Shown here: positions 9,504-20,096 of the stretch, one piece after another
How the letters are laid out: each line of letters opens with the position of its first letter
Position numbering within the stretch: position 1 is the first letter of the stretch
Source of the DNA: an uncultured Rhodospirillaceae bacterium
GTDB lineage: Bacteria; Pseudomonadota; Alphaproteobacteria; RF32; CAG-239
Reading direction: 5' to 3'
Assembly: GCA_900313185.1 (NCBI GenBank)
Contig: OMQI01000037.1
Span: forward strand, 1 to 26,933
DNA length: 26,933 nt
Notes under the pieces: generated by a model
Seen by the model: only the letters and a program-made list of their open reading frames with translations
What the model was told of the DNA's origin: nothing
Database searches by the model: none
Position numbers and translations under genes: made by a program

Positions 9504-12500
9504 TTTTTGCTCCTTTTTTGCTTTGAAAATGCTCTTTGATATTTTCAAACACCGCAAATAAAGCCGGTACAAAAATAATTCCTATCAGCGTTGCGCTTAT
9601 CATACCGAAAAATACCGCCGAACCGATTGCCACTTGAGAATTAGCTCCGGCTCCTTTGGCAATTATCATCGGAAAAACACCCAAAATAAAAGTAAACGCC
9701 GTCATTAAAACTGCTCTGTATCGCTCCTCGGCTCCTTTTTTTGCAGCTTCAATGATACTTAACCCTTGTTCTCGATACATTTTGGTAAATTCCACTATCA
9801 GAATGGCATTTTTTGCCGCCAATCCGATAAGCATTACCAAACCGAGTTGGGCGTATATGCTTAAAGATTGTCCCATCATAAACAATCCGAGTAAAGCGCC
9901 CAAAATAGCAAAAACCGTGGAAAAAATTACCGAAAAAGCCAAAAGCCAACTTTCATACAAAGCTACCAAGAACAAGTAACAAAATATTGTGGCCAGCGTA
10001 ATGATTATTACTACCATTCCCCTGTTTTCAACTTCTTGCAAACTTAAGCCGGTCCAAGAAATACCATAATTTTTGGGCAGTGTTTTTTGCAATTTTTCTA
10101 AATCTTCAAGTGCAGTTCCACTACTGACGTTATCCTTTGACAAGGCCGTAACTCCGGCCGAAGTATATTGGTTAAAACGATATATGGTTTTAGGGGAAAA
10201 CTCGGTTTTAATTTCAGCAAAACTTTCTATCGGTATCATTGCTCCGGTTTGTGAACGCACATGGAGATTTTTAATCGAATCCATGTTGTTTCTGTATTGG
10301 TAATCTGCCTGTAAAATGACTTTATTTACCTGACCGCTCAAAGTTATGTTATTTATATACCTTGAACCGAGATTGTTTTGCAATACGGCAAACAAATCTG
10401 CCACCGCTATTTTATAGTATTCTAACTTTTGGCGGTCTATATCTAAATAAATATGCGGAGTATCTGCCGTAAATGTGGAAAATGCGTAATTAAAATCAGG
10501 GTTCTTATTGACTTGAGCCAAATACTTATTCAATTCATTTGCCAAGTTTTGCGGCGATAAATTTCCATCGGTAGTTAAAAATTCAAACGAAATACCGTTG
10601 CTGTCACCTATTCCCGGAATTGACGGCGGAGCAAAAAAGTTAATTTTTGCAGTTTTATTATTCGCAAATTCTTTGGTTAATTTTTCACTGATAGAATTAA
10701 TCGACAATTCTTTAGATTTACGTTCATCCCACGGTGTAAGTCCCACAACTCCCAAAGCTACGTTTTCGCCTCCGCCTCCCAACATACTGTATCCGGCTAC
10801 ACTTATAAAATATTTAACACCTTCAATTTTGAAAATTTTTTCATTCATTTCACTGATAATTTTATTCGTCTGATTTATACCGGCGGTATCTGAAAGTTGA
10901 ACATTGGCAAAAATAATTCCTTGATCTTCTTGAGGTAAAAATGACGTCGGTATGTGTTTGAAAGAAAACAGTATCGCCAATATAGTGCCTATGATTATAA
11001 GAGAAGAAATTTTCAACCTGCGCACAAAAAAATCAACGGCCGCAATATAATACCTGTTGGAAATATCAAGCATTTTATCAAACCAAGTAAAAAACTTTCC
11101 GGTTTTCTTATTTTCATCACCACGCAAAAAAATAGCGCATAAAGACGGACTTAAAGTCAAAGCATTAACCGATGAAAAAGCCACTGCCGTGGCAATGGTA
11201 ACCGCAAACTGCTGATATATTTTTCCGGTAATTCCCAACATTAATCCGACCGGAATAAATATGGCCAACAGCACCATAGTAGTGGCAACAACCGCTCCGC
11301 CTATTTGCTCCATTGCTTTTATGGCTGCCGAATGCGAATCCGATTTTTCGTGTTGCATTAAATACTGTACTCTCTCTACTACAATAATAGCATCATCAAC
11401 CACCAAACCGATGGCGAGTATCATTGCAAATAAGGTAAGAATATTTATATTAAAACCTAAAATATACACCACCGCAAAAGTTGCTATCAGTGATACCGGA
11501 ATGGTGAAAAGCGGTATCAACGTGGTGGAAAGTTTTTGCAAAAAAACATAAGTTACCAATATCACCAATAAAAAGGTTATCACCAAAGTATCCAAAATAC
11601 TTTGAATTGATGCTCGGACAAAATCGGTAGAATCATATATCACGCTAAATTCCATATCTTCAGGTAATTGTTCGTTTATCTCTGCCATTTTTTTGCGAAT
11701 ATTTTTCATAATTTGCAGTGAATTGGAATTAGGGGTTTGGTTAATTCCCATAATCAATGCCGGCGAATTATTGAATGAGGATTTGATATTATAAGTATCA
11801 GCTCCCAATTCTATATGCGCCACATCCTTTAAATACACTGTTCCGCCGTTTTCTGCCGTTGCCACCACAATATTTTCAAAATCACGAACGCTGTTTAACA
11901 ATCCTTTGGCATTAAGAGATAGTACGATTTTATTATCCGGAGAACTGGGAGCAGCACCGACAGAGCCGATTGAAGCTTGCACATTTTGCGTTTTTACGGC
12001 ATTCATCACATCGGCGGAATTTAACCCCATACTGTTAAGTTTATCACTGTCCAACCAGATTCTCATACTGTATTGCGGACCAAAAATTTGCACATCCCCC
12101 ACGCCTTTAACTCGTGAAAGAGCGTTTTTCAAATTAGTATGGGCATAATTACTCAAGTATAAGTTATCATAAGTATGATTAGGAGATTGCAAAACCAGCA
12201 TTGCTAAAATATTCGAATTTTGTGTCTGCACCTTAAGTCCGTATTGGGTAACTTCCGGAGGTAAATCGGAAGTTGCCTGTTGAATACGATTTTGCACCTT
12301 TACCTGTGCAATATCCGGATTTGTACCGATATCAAAAGTGACGGTTAATTTATATTCTCCGGTATCGCTGGAAGATGATGACATATAAAGCATATCATCT
12401 ACCCCGTTGATTTCATTTTCCAATGGAATTGCCACCATATCGGTTAAAACTTTGGCATTGGCGCCGAGATAATTAGTGGAAACCGCAATTTGCGGCGGAG

Positions 12501-12621
12501 TAATTTCCGGATATTGCGCCACTGGCAGAACGGCAATAGCCATCAAACCGAGCATCATCATAACCACCGAAACCACTATGGCAAAACGTGGACGATTGAT
12601 AAAAAACGCCGAAAACATCAT
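9496..12621 (-). CDS. RND efflux permease (HAE1/AcrB-like)
   Basis: [18 protein letters not shown], proton-relay motifs [24 protein letters not shown] and RAVLMT. 1041 aa, GGAG RBS. Confidence 0.96.
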   Translation of the reverse strand: MMFSAFFINRPRFAIVVSVVMMMLGLMAIAVLPVAQYPEITPPQIAVSTNYLGANAKVLTDMVAIPLENEINGVDDMLYMSSSSSDTGEYKLTVTFDIGTNPDIAQVKVQNRIQQATSDLPPEVTQYGLKVQTQNSNILAMLVLQSPNHTYDNLYLSNYAHTNLKNALSRVKGVGDVQIFGPQYSMRIWLDSDKLNSMGLNSADVMNAVKTQNVQASIGSVGAAPSSPDNKIVLSLNAKGLLNSVRDFENIVVATAENGGTVYLKDVAHIELGADTYNIKSSFNNSPALIMGINQTPNSNSLQIMKNIRKKMAEINEQLPEDMEFSVIYDSTDFVRASIQSILDTLVITFLLVILVTYVFLQKLSTTLIPLFTIPVSLIATFAVVYILGFNINILTLFAMILAIGLVVDDAIIVVERVQYLMQHEKSDSHSAAIKAMEQIGGAVVATTMVLLAIFIPVGLMLGITGKIYQQFAVTIATAVAFSSVNALTLSPSLCAIFLRGDENKKTGKFFTWFDKMLDISNRYYIAAVDFFVRRLKISSLIIIGTILAILFSFKHIPTSFLPQEDQGIIFANVQLSDTAGINQTNKIISEMNEKIFKIEGVKYFISVAGYSMLGGGGENVALGVVGLTPWDERKSKELSINSISEKLTKEFANNKTAKINFFAPPSIPGIGDSNGISFEFLTTDGNLSPQNLANELNKYLAQVNKNPDFNYAFSTFTADTPHIYLDIDRQKLEYYKIAVADLFAVLQNNLGSRYINNITLSGQVNKVILQADYQYRNNMDSIKNLHVRSQTGAMIPIESFAEIKTEFSPKTIYRFNQYTSAGVTALSKDNVSSGTALEDLEKLQKTLPKNYGISWTGLSLQEVENRGMVVIIITLATIFCYLFLVALYESWLLAFSVIFSTVFAILGALLGLFMMGQSLSIYAQLGLVMLIGLAAKNAILIVEFTKMYREQGLSIIEAAKKGAEERYRAVLMTAFTFILGVFPMIIAKGAGANSQVAIGSAVFFGMISATLIGIIFVPALFAVFENIKEHFQSKKGAKNG

Positions 12622-13748
12622 TATTGCTCCGCATTTTCAATTATTTTATAAGGAACTCTCTCTCCCAATATTGCATTTTCAACCGTTTCTTTAACAATAT
12701 ACTCATCATCGGCAAAATTATTTTCGGCTACAATGTAATTGTTTTCTTCGCCGTAAATATGAAGTTTATGCATATTTAAAATACCATTCAAAACAGTATG
12801 TACGTAGTTTCCGTCAGTTGTCATAATTAAAAGAGATTTATCGATTAAAACCACATTTTCATATTTTCGCTCAAGCAGAACCTGTACATAAGCATTTGGA
12901 ATTAATCTATTATCGGGATTGGTAAATTCGGCGTAAACAGCCAAGGAATTAGTATTTTTATCTATCACATTCGCCGTATACTGAATTTCGCCGTTTTGCG
13001 GTAAAATATCCCCGTTTGCCAACTGTACTTTTACAACCAAATTTTTATCATCTTTTTTATCAAAATGATTTAAGAATTCTTTGTCGGTAACCGAAAAAAC
13101 CACACGAATCGGATTGTATTGCACAAGTTCCATTAAATTTCTGCTTTGCGGAGAAACATAATCTCCGAGTGAAACGGCAATATTTCCCAATACTCCGTCA
13201 AATGGTGCTTTCAAATACGTATAATCAAAATTTATCTGAGCGGTAAGCAAGTTTGCCCGAGCCTGCTCCAAATTACCGGCCGAGGCTAAAAATGCGGATT
13301 TGGCATCATCCAACTCTTGCGGAGAATAAACATCTTCGCCACTGTTTTTCATTCTCTCATATTTAATCTTGGAATTTAGGAAATCTGTTTTTAAAGCAAA
13401 CAGCTCGGCATCGGCGGCCGCCAATTTGGCAATATAATCATCTTGTTTCAAAACTGCCAACACATCGCCTTTTTTGACTTGTTTTCCGCCATGTACCGCA
13501 ATTTCGGTTACATAACCGCTGATATACGGCACAATATCCGTTTGGTTTATGGCCTCAACCTGCCCGATATAGTGATGCGTTATAACGGCATTTTGCACTT
13601 TAGGTTTGACAACCGATATATCTTGCGCTGTTTGGGTAATTTCATAAATCTGATTTCCATGAGTCGCCTGATAAACACCGTAAACCGCAATTATTAAGAT
13701 TACCGCTATAGAAATCAACCATATAAATTTTCTTCTTAAAACTGACAT
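12621..13748 (-). CDS. RND periplasmic adaptor (MFP, AcrA-like)
   Basis: N-terminal TM anchor, [37 protein letters not shown]. Start moved to ATG 13748 (GGAG 6 nt upstream). Confidence 0.9.
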   Translation of the reverse strand: MSVLRRKFIWLISIAVILIIAVYGVYQATHGNQIYEITQTAQDISVVKPKVQNAVITHHYIGQVEAINQTDIVPYISGYVTEIAVHGGKQVKKGDVLAVLKQDDYIAKLAAADAELFALKTDFLNSKIKYERMKNSGEDVYSPQELDDAKSAFLASAGNLEQARANLLTAQINFDYTYLKAPFDGVLGNIAVSLGDYVSPQSRNLMELVQYNPIRVVFSVTDKEFLNHFDKKDDKNLVVKVQLANGDILPQNGEIQYTANVIDKNTNSLAVYAEFTNPDNRLIPNAYVQVLLERKYENVVLIDKSLLIMTTDGNYVHTVLNGILNMHKLHIYGEENNYIVAENNFADDEYIVKETVENAILGERVPYKIIENAEQ

Positions 13749-13810
13749 CTTATTCTCCAATTTGCTTACGGGAATAAATAATCGGTTTTATCCGTATTTC
13801 AACCTTTGGG

Positions 13811-14683
13811 CTATTGCATAAGTTCTATAGCTTTTGATATTTTGCGTATGGAATTAAGTTCTATTTGCCTTACCCGCTCTTTGGAAATGTTATATGTTTT
13901 GCTTAAATCATCCAACGTAATGCTGTTTTCGAGCATTCGACGTTTATATAAAATATCTTTTTCCCGCGGATTTAAAACATCTATGGCTTTGTAAAACAAT
14001 TTACGGCGATAGTCTAAAGTTTCACGATAGGACAATTGTTCTTCCTGATTGGGTTTATTGTCATAAATAAAATCAATCCATTCCGAACCGGAATCGGAAT
14101 CTTTACTATCCATTGCTACGTTAAGCGAACCGTCGTGCGCCTTAAGGCGAGTATTCATATCGGTTACTTCCTGCACACTTACATTCAAGCAATCGGCAAT
14201 ATCTTGTAAAACCTCGCTTGAAAGTTCTCTGTCATCGGTAAGATTAAGACTGTTTTTGATTTTTCTTAAATTAAAAAACAATTTTTTCTGTGCTGCCGTT
14301 GTTCCCAATTTAACCAATGACCATGAACTTAAGATATATTTTTGCACCGCCGCTTTTATCCACCACAAAGCATAGGTTGAAAATCGAAAGCCTTTATCCG
14401 GTTCAAACTTATTAATGGCATAAATCAGACCGATATTGCCTTCGGAAATCATTTCGTTGACGGGTAAACCGTAACCTTTATATTTGGAAACCACTTTTAC
14501 CACTAAACGCAAATGTGATGTGATTAATTGATAAGCTATTTTTTTATCGCGAGTTTTTTTGTATTGCACCGCCAAATCGTATTCTTCTTCTTGCGACAAC
14601 AACGGATATTGGCGAATATTTTGTAAATAACGTGCCAGATTTGTTTCCGGCGAAAAGTCAAGTCCAGTAAGAGATGTTTCCAT
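13811..14683 (-). CDS. rpoH: RNA polymerase sigma-32 factor
   Basis: Region 2 HLRLVVKVVSKYKGYG, EGNIGL, FEPDKGFRFSTYALWWIKA, RpoH box QKKLFFNLRK, region 4 ISKERVRQIE. AGGAG RBS supports start 14683. Confidence 0.95.
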   Translation of the reverse strand: METSLTGLDFSPETNLARYLQNIRQYPLLSQEEEYDLAVQYKKTRDKKIAYQLITSHLRLVVKVVSKYKGYGLPVNEMISEGNIGLIYAINKFEPDKGFRFSTYALWWIKAAVQKYILSSWSLVKLGTTAAQKKLFFNLRKIKNSLNLTDDRELSSEVLQDIADCLNVSVQEVTDMNTRLKAHDGSLNVAMDSKDSDSGSEWIDFIYDNKPNQEEQLSYRETLDYRRKLFYKAIDVLNPREKDILYKRRMLENSITLDDLSKTYNISKERVRQIELNSIRKISKAIELMQ

Positions 14684-14699
14684 TTTTATTCTCCTTTTG

Positions 14700-14715
14700 A
14701 TTGACAATTGTCAAT
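14700..14715. promoter_or_regulatory. Perfect 16-bp palindrome ATTGACAATTGTCAAT upstream of rpoH (putative operator)
   Basis: Exact self-complementary 16-mer between the putative rpoH promoter and its RBS. Confidence 0.45.
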
Positions 14716-14743
14716 AATAGATACTAAAAATTTCAGCATCAAC
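14715..14743 (-). promoter_or_regulatory. Possible sigma-32-type promoter of rpoH
   Basis: Minus strand GTTGAT-N16-TCTATTA resembles the alphaproteobacterial CTTGAA-N16/17-CCTATAT consensus. Confidence 0.3.
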
Positions 14744-14784
14744 CCGTACTTTAGTTTTAGATTTTTATAACGGAATATATAAAA

Positions 14785-15759
14785 TTAAATATCTTTTTCC
14801 AATTTTTCGATAAGTTCGACCATATCTGCCGGCAGTTGTGAATCAAACTGCATAAACTCTTTTTTACGAGGGTGAATAAAACCCAATGTCTTTGCGTGCA
14901 ATGCCTGCCGTGGAAAATTATTTACATAATTTTTCAAATCAGCCGGTAACAAAATTTCTGATTTTTTGCTTTTCACGTAAACTTTGTCTCCCACCAAAGC
15001 ATTACCTTTGCTACTTAAATGAACTCTTATCTGATGGGTGCGACCGGTTTCCAAATTACATTGCACAACCGAAACCGCTTTTCCGAATGCTTTTAAAGTT
15101 TTGTAATTAGTCACGGCATTTTTACCCCCGATTTCGACTATTGCCATTTTTTTGCGGTCGAATTTACTGCGCCCGATGGGTGCTTCAATGCGTCCGGATA
15201 AAGGATTTGGTACTCCGTAAACCACCGCAATATAGGTTCTTTCAATCGAATGTTCGGCAAACTGTTCGCTTAAAAAACGGTGTGCCGTATCATTTTTTGC
15301 CACCACCAACAACCCGCTGGTATCTTTATCTATACGATGCACAATACCGGGACGTTTTACTCCGCCGATTCCGGATAAATTATCTTTGCAATGAAACAGA
15401 AGAGCGTTTACCAAAGTTCCGTCATAAGCTCCGGCCGCCGGATGCACCGTCATTCCCGCTGATTTATTAACAACAACGATGTCATCATCTTCATAAACAA
15501 TATTTAAAGCTATGTTCTGCGGTTTCGGCTCGGCTTCTTCAGCGGGCGGTATAATTATCTGATACGAATCGCCGATTTTAACTTTATGCGAATTATCGGC
15601 AATAACCACATCTTCACATTCCACAAAACCTTCCAGAATTAATTTTTGCAATCGGGAACGGGAGAAATCCGGTAGTTTTGCGCTTAAAAATTTATCCAAG
15701 CGCATATTTTTTTCGCTTTCTGTTGCTTCGGGTGTTGTAAATATTGTTTCTTCGCTCAT
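14785..15759 (-). CDS. rluD: RluA-family 23S rRNA pseudouridine synthase (RluD)
   Basis: S4 domain (RLDKFLS..SRSRLQKLI), VVNKSAGMTVHP, catalytic HRIDKDTSG, LETGRTHQIRVH, RQALHAKTLGF. Start is tentative. Confidence 0.93.
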   Translation of the reverse strand: MSEETIFTTPEATESEKNMRLDKFLSAKLPDFSRSRLQKLILEGFVECEDVVIADNSHKVKIGDSYQIIIPPAEEAEPKPQNIALNIVYEDDDIVVVNKSAGMTVHPAAGAYDGTLVNALLFHCKDNLSGIGGVKRPGIVHRIDKDTSGLLVVAKNDTAHRFLSEQFAEHSIERTYIAVVYGVPNPLSGRIEAPIGRSKFDRKKMAIVEIGGKNAVTNYKTLKAFGKAVSVVQCNLETGRTHQIRVHLSSKGNALVGDKVYVKSKKSEILLPADLKNYVNNFPRQALHAKTLGFIHPRKKEFMQFDSQLPADMVELIEKLEKDI

Positions 15760-15855
15760 TTTTTTCTTTATTAAATATATTTTATCCTTTATTCTGATAC
15801 CATAAGGTTTATTATAAATAAAAGCAAGCAAAGTTTGTACCGAAAGGATTTATTT

Positions 15856-16809
15856 ATGAGTGAAAATAACGGAACCAACGTAAGTGAAGGTATTGATGAT
15901 TTTGAGGCACTGCTCAACAGTTTCATCAATACCAAAGTTGAAGATTTTGAAGACGATGATGAGCAAAAAAAAGAAGAAAAAGCTCCCGCTGTTATCGATG
16001 AAACTCATTTAAGTGAACAAGGACAAGCGGAAAACGAAGAAGCATCACGTCTGTTTGAAGAAGAATTGGCTTCAACCTTTGCCGAAGCCAGAAATGCCAT
16101 CGAAGAAGAAGAAAACAAGCCTACTTTGGGTTCAGACGAATCGGAATTGGCGCAAGCTTTCGTAAATTATCAGGCATCTGTACAAAAATTGAGCCAAACT
16201 TACTTAAACAGAGACTTTGAGTGCACTTTTAAAATCGATGACTTGTATCCTAACTACAAACCAAGTTTAGGGAGCTATATATCCGCCGACTTAATTAACG
16301 GTTGGATGATTTTATCTGAAATTTTCCCTAATGATGTCGGACGTTTTCCGGTATCGTCAACTGATGAAGAATTTTTGAACTTTGCCGAAACTTTGCAGAA
16401 TCAAGATTTGCAACTTGCCGTAATATCTTATGTGGAAATCTTAATTGATATGGAAAGCTGTGAATTAACTTATATGGCAAAATTGGCAAAATATCAGGAA
16501 AAACATATCAAAAAAATTATGTATGAAGAATATGTGGCAAGAAAAGAAAGACAACAAAAATTTACTGAAGCCGTTAAAAAGAAAAATTTTCCGATAGATG
16601 CTGAAAAGCTTATCAGTAACTATTTCAGAGTTGCTCAAAAAGATATAGATGGTGCTTATAAGGCACTAACCACTAATCCGGCAATTTTTGCACCGATTGA
16701 TTTTGGCAAAATTAAACCACGGTTCTTCGGTCTGGTTAAAGTTTCGCCAAAAGACGGGATTCGAGTTAATCTGGAAATTGGCAAATTTATGAAAAAACTA
16801 AAGGCTTAA
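15856..16809 (+). CDS. Hypothetical protein: acidic N-terminus, basic C-terminus, possible BID-like C-terminal domain
   Basis: Open frame of about 317 aa with AAAGGA RBS before ATG 15856. No confident family; domain call is inference. Confidence 0.7.
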   Translation: MSENNGTNVSEGIDDFEALLNSFINTKVEDFEDDDEQKKEEKAPAVIDETHLSEQGQAENEEASRLFEEELASTFAEARNAIEEEENKPTLGSDESELAQAFVNYQASVQKLSQTYLNRDFECTFKIDDLYPNYKPSLGSYISADLINGWMILSEIFPNDVGRFPVSSTDEEFLNFAETLQNQDLQLAVISYVEILIDMESCELTYMAKLAKYQEKHIKKIMYEEYVARKERQQKFTEAVKKKNFPIDAEKLISNYFRVAQKDIDGAYKALTTNPAIFAPIDFGKIKPRFFGLVKVSPKDGIRVNLEIGKFMKKLKA

Positions 16810-16825
16810 AGCGGAAAAATAGTTA

Positions 16826-16854
16826 TAGACAAAAAAGATTTTATGTGATATATT
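16826..16854 (+). promoter_or_regulatory. Sigma-70-type promoter for the large ORF
   Basis: TAGACA-N17-TATATT with TG at the extended -10 position; AAGGAG RBS at 16874-16879. Confidence 0.5.
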
Positions 16855-16886
16855 GAGAGCAATAAAATAGCTTAAGGAGTGTTCCG

Positions 16887-19800
16887 ATGGTAGAAGATGC
16901 AAAAAACACAGATATGACAGAATTTAACTCTGACAATTCCGAAATTGCACAGGTTTATCAAGATATTTTTGATTTGTATGCCGGCTATACAAGAAGCACC
17001 CATGATTTTAAAAAGAATAAAGAAGCTAATATTTATGAAGAATCGGCTATTTCTCTTCTGCGCAAATTATCTGACAAAAAATATGAAGAGCTCAATTCTT
17101 TTGCAAATATCAAAGCTGCTGAGTCTGTAAAAAATGTAGGTATGAAGTGGGATGATAAAGAAAGTAATACAAGATATTCATTAAATATCGAAGCTAGTGT
17201 AGCTGACTTTATTCGTTACGAAACTCTTGCCTCCGGACATGAGCATGCTAATGTGTATATCTGGCAAGACGAAGGGCAACGAATAAAAGATCTTGAAATT
17301 GAAAAGCAAAAAAGAGAAGAAGCCATAAAGCAAGAAGATGCAACAAAATTGCATGAACAGGAAAGTTCAAATAAGCCGAAAGCAAATGATAACCAAAACG
17401 AAGAAACAACAAAACCCAGCAATAAAGCCGTGGATGCTAATTCCGGAGATCAGAGTATGAATACAGAAAATAAAGAAACAGAACCGAAAAATGCAGATAA
17501 ATTCGGATATGTTTTCGAAGATGATGGAACTATTAAGTTGGACGGAGAAATAGTAGATACATATAATAATGCAAAATTCAAATATTTTTGCGATACTATT
17601 GATTCAGAGTCCTTAGAATGCGTGGAAATAGAAGATAAAAAGTATGGTAAAATAGAATTCACTTTCAAGGACAAGGATAACAATATATTTACGTTGAATA
17701 CCGAACCGACTGTTGTCGGTGATGAGACAGATTATAGAGATGATGTATTTAAAGCCTGCGAAGAAGGTAAGATAAACTATACCACCACATATTACCCGAA
17801 AGGAAATGTCGGTGACTTAATGAGATCTACTCCTTTCCGTCAATATTATGAATTAAAGCAAGACGAGAAAACTAAAAAACTTCATTTTGGCGGTACTGCA
17901 AATGGAACTCCTATGCCTAAAGTTTTGCGCACGATTTTGCTTAAAGAAATTGCAAATAAATACGATGAATTGGGTATTAAACCGAAGGCAAATGAACACA
18001 AAGCAGAAGCAACAACAGAACCGAAAGTCGAAACTAAAGACTTTGATTTTGAGGCGTTTTTAGCGGAAATCGGTAAAGAAAACCCTGATATGTCAGTGAT
18101 TAAAGCCGGAGTCGAAAGATTTGGTGCCGGAAAACTTTCGGACGCTTTAAAACAGTTCGTTACAGAAGCTGAAAAAAATAAATTTTTGAATGAGCATAAG
18201 AATGAATATTTAACCGATGCTCAAAGAGAACAATTCTTGAAGACCGTGTTCCCTAACTCGGAAAACAATCACTTGACTGATAGTTCCAAAAAACTGGGGT
18301 TTGAGAATATTACCGGTATTAAAAACACTTTAAGTGCATTAAAAGATTTACAAACAGAAGGCGTTCTTGATGCCGAACAAATCAACAATGTTATGTCGGC
18401 CAAGTACCCGCCGGAGAATGGTAAAAATATGGCTATGACAGTTGCCCTCAATGTGCGCGCGGCAGAGTTTAAATGGAAAAAATTTACCAATCCGGAAGAT
18501 ATTGCAATCGTAAAGCATAACCTGCAATCATACAGCGAAACGTTGGCTGTTATGGGACAAATCGAACCTAAAGCTTTAGAAGCTGCCCTTAAAGAGCCGT
18601 ATCAACCGGCCGGAATGAACCGAACTTTAACCGTTGATGATTTGGCTGCAAAATCGGAAATTTTATCGGAATTTATACAGAAACCTTCCGTATATCAAGC
18701 AATGCAAGCCGAAGATGCTTTAACCGTCGATGCCGAAGGAAAAACCGTGGTGGGCGGAGAAAATAACGGTTTGACGGTTGACGGTGCCCCAAAACCGGCA
18801 ATAAAAGTCAACGCTAAATCTCCGGAACAGGAAGAAGATGCCGAAAACATCGCAAATATGAGCCCGAATGCCGGTGATGATAAAAAGAAACGCAGACCTT
18901 TTGAATTTGAAAAAGTTAAAGAACAAGACATTATTCAATATATGTTTGAACATTGGTTTTTGGAAGGTGTTTCTCTGGCATTAAAAGCTCCTTTCTGGTT
19001 GTTGGATAAGACTATTGATAAATTTGAAGGAAAATTTGATACCAATATGCCTAATACGCCAAGCAATCCTAATCAGTTGGCTAAAAATGTTCCGGCTATT
19101 AAATTTTTAAATAATACCGGAGGAAAACTTGCGCAAAACTGCCGTGATTCGCTTGAAGACCAAGTTAGTTACTATAATCGTTTATATAATACCATTCGAT
19201 ATAATGCCGGTAAACCGATTGACAAGTGGCAAATAGATACCGTTGATAGATATAGTGACAAACCTGTTTTAGATATAAATAATCCGCTTGATGTCAAAAA
19301 AATGCAAGAGTTCAACAAGATGTTTGAACAAAATCCGGAAGCTTTTACCAAGAAATTTGATGCAACAAAATCCCAATTATCTTTCGAGTTACATAACTTT
19401 AGTTTGGTAGCACGTGCGGCCGGCTCTCTTGCCACCGCTATGTATATGGCAGATCATCCGGAAGGTCCGTTTGGTCCTAACGCCGAGGCGGCAATCCAAA
19501 AAGATATGACGGAGTATATGCGGAAAATTGCCGAAGTTTCACAAATTCTCACAGACAGAGCCGAGGCTGATTATCGCTTAAAAAACGGATTGGCGCCTAA
19601 TGCCAAACTGGATGAAAAGCAAGCTGGTGAAATCTTAGATATTCGTGATAAAAACTTTAAAAAATTCGTTGACGATTTAGGCGATAACACCGAGAAATTT
19701 CGTTCAGATCTCAATTCTTATTACAATGCGGAATCTACAAGCGAACAGACAATTAAACTGCAACAGGTTAAAGCTTCTCGTGAAAGTGTTGAAAAGGTAT

Positions 19801-20096
19801 TGTCTCCGGAATACTTGGACTCTCTTGCCCCGCAAAAAGAAGGTGTAAAAGAAAAACCGGTTGAAAAGTCGTTACTTGATTTTACCAAAGACTTTAATGC
19901 TGCAGAGGCCAGAGATGCCGCCTTTACGGCAGCTCTTGACGGCAATAGGAAAATCTACGAAGGCTTGCATACGGAACAAGAAAAGAAGAGAACAGCATTA
20001 AATGACCGACCGTTTGTAAAAAAAGCCAAAGGCAAAATCAAAAAGCTTCAAAGCAGTGTAATGAGCCTTTTCAAAGGAAACGATAAGCAAAAATGA
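16887..20096 (+). CDS. Large modular hypothetical protein (1069 aa), candidate VirD4 substrate
   Basis: Long ORF with promoter and RBS. No signal peptide or obvious TM segment. Domains separated by low-complexity linkers; basic C-terminal tail. Confidence 0.8.
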   Translation: MVEDAKNTDMTEFNSDNSEIAQVYQDIFDLYAGYTRSTHDFKKNKEANIYEESAISLLRKLSDKKYEELNSFANIKAAESVKNVGMKWDDKESNTRYSLNIEASVADFIRYETLASGHEHANVYIWQDEGQRIKDLEIEKQKREEAIKQEDATKLHEQESSNKPKANDNQNEETTKPSNKAVDANSGDQSMNTENKETEPKNADKFGYVFEDDGTIKLDGEIVDTYNNAKFKYFCDTIDSESLECVEIEDKKYGKIEFTFKDKDNNIFTLNTEPTVVGDETDYRDDVFKACEEGKINYTTTYYPKGNVGDLMRSTPFRQYYELKQDEKTKKLHFGGTANGTPMPKVLRTILLKEIANKYDELGIKPKANEHKAEATTEPKVETKDFDFEAFLAEIGKENPDMSVIKAGVERFGAGKLSDALKQFVTEAEKNKFLNEHKNEYLTDAQREQFLKTVFPNSENNHLTDSSKKLGFENITGIKNTLSALKDLQTEGVLDAEQINNVMSAKYPPENGKNMAMTVALNVRAAEFKWKKFTNPEDIAIVKHNLQSYSETLAVMGQIEPKALEAALKEPYQPAGMNRTLTVDDLAAKSEILSEFIQKPSVYQAMQAEDALTVDAEGKTVVGGENNGLTVDGAPKPAIKVNAKSPEQEEDAENIANMSPNAGDDKKKRRPFEFEKVKEQDIIQYMFEHWFLEGVSLALKAPFWLLDKTIDKFEGKFDTNMPNTPSNPNQLAKNVPAIKFLNNTGGKLAQNCRDSLEDQVSYYNRLYNTIRYNAGKPIDKWQIDTVDRYSDKPVLDINNPLDVKKMQEFNKMFEQNPEAFTKKFDATKSQLSFELHNFSLVARAAGSLATAMYMADHPEGPFGPNAEAAIQKDMTEYMRKIAEVSQILTDRAEADYRLKNGLAPNAKLDEKQAGEILDIRDKNFKKFVDDLGDNTEKFRSDLNSYYNAESTSEQTIKLQQVKASRESVEKVLSPEYLDSLAPQKEGVKEKPVEKSLLDFTKDFNAAEARDAAFTAALDGNRKIYEGLHTEQEKKRTALNDRPFVKKAKGKIKKLQSSVMSLFKGNDKQK

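Noticed and set aside
14684-14784. CIRCE, HAIR or ROSE element upstream of rpoH
   Set aside because: The consensus inverted repeats are absent, and the palindrome does not pair with the SD.
2811-15856. Longer starts given in the ORF track (3968, 9572, 13760, 14707, 15831, 15835)
   Set aside because: They overlap neighbouring genes or lack an RBS. Downstream ATGs with better RBS or homology fit were chosen (3935, 9503, 13748, 14683, 15759, 15856).
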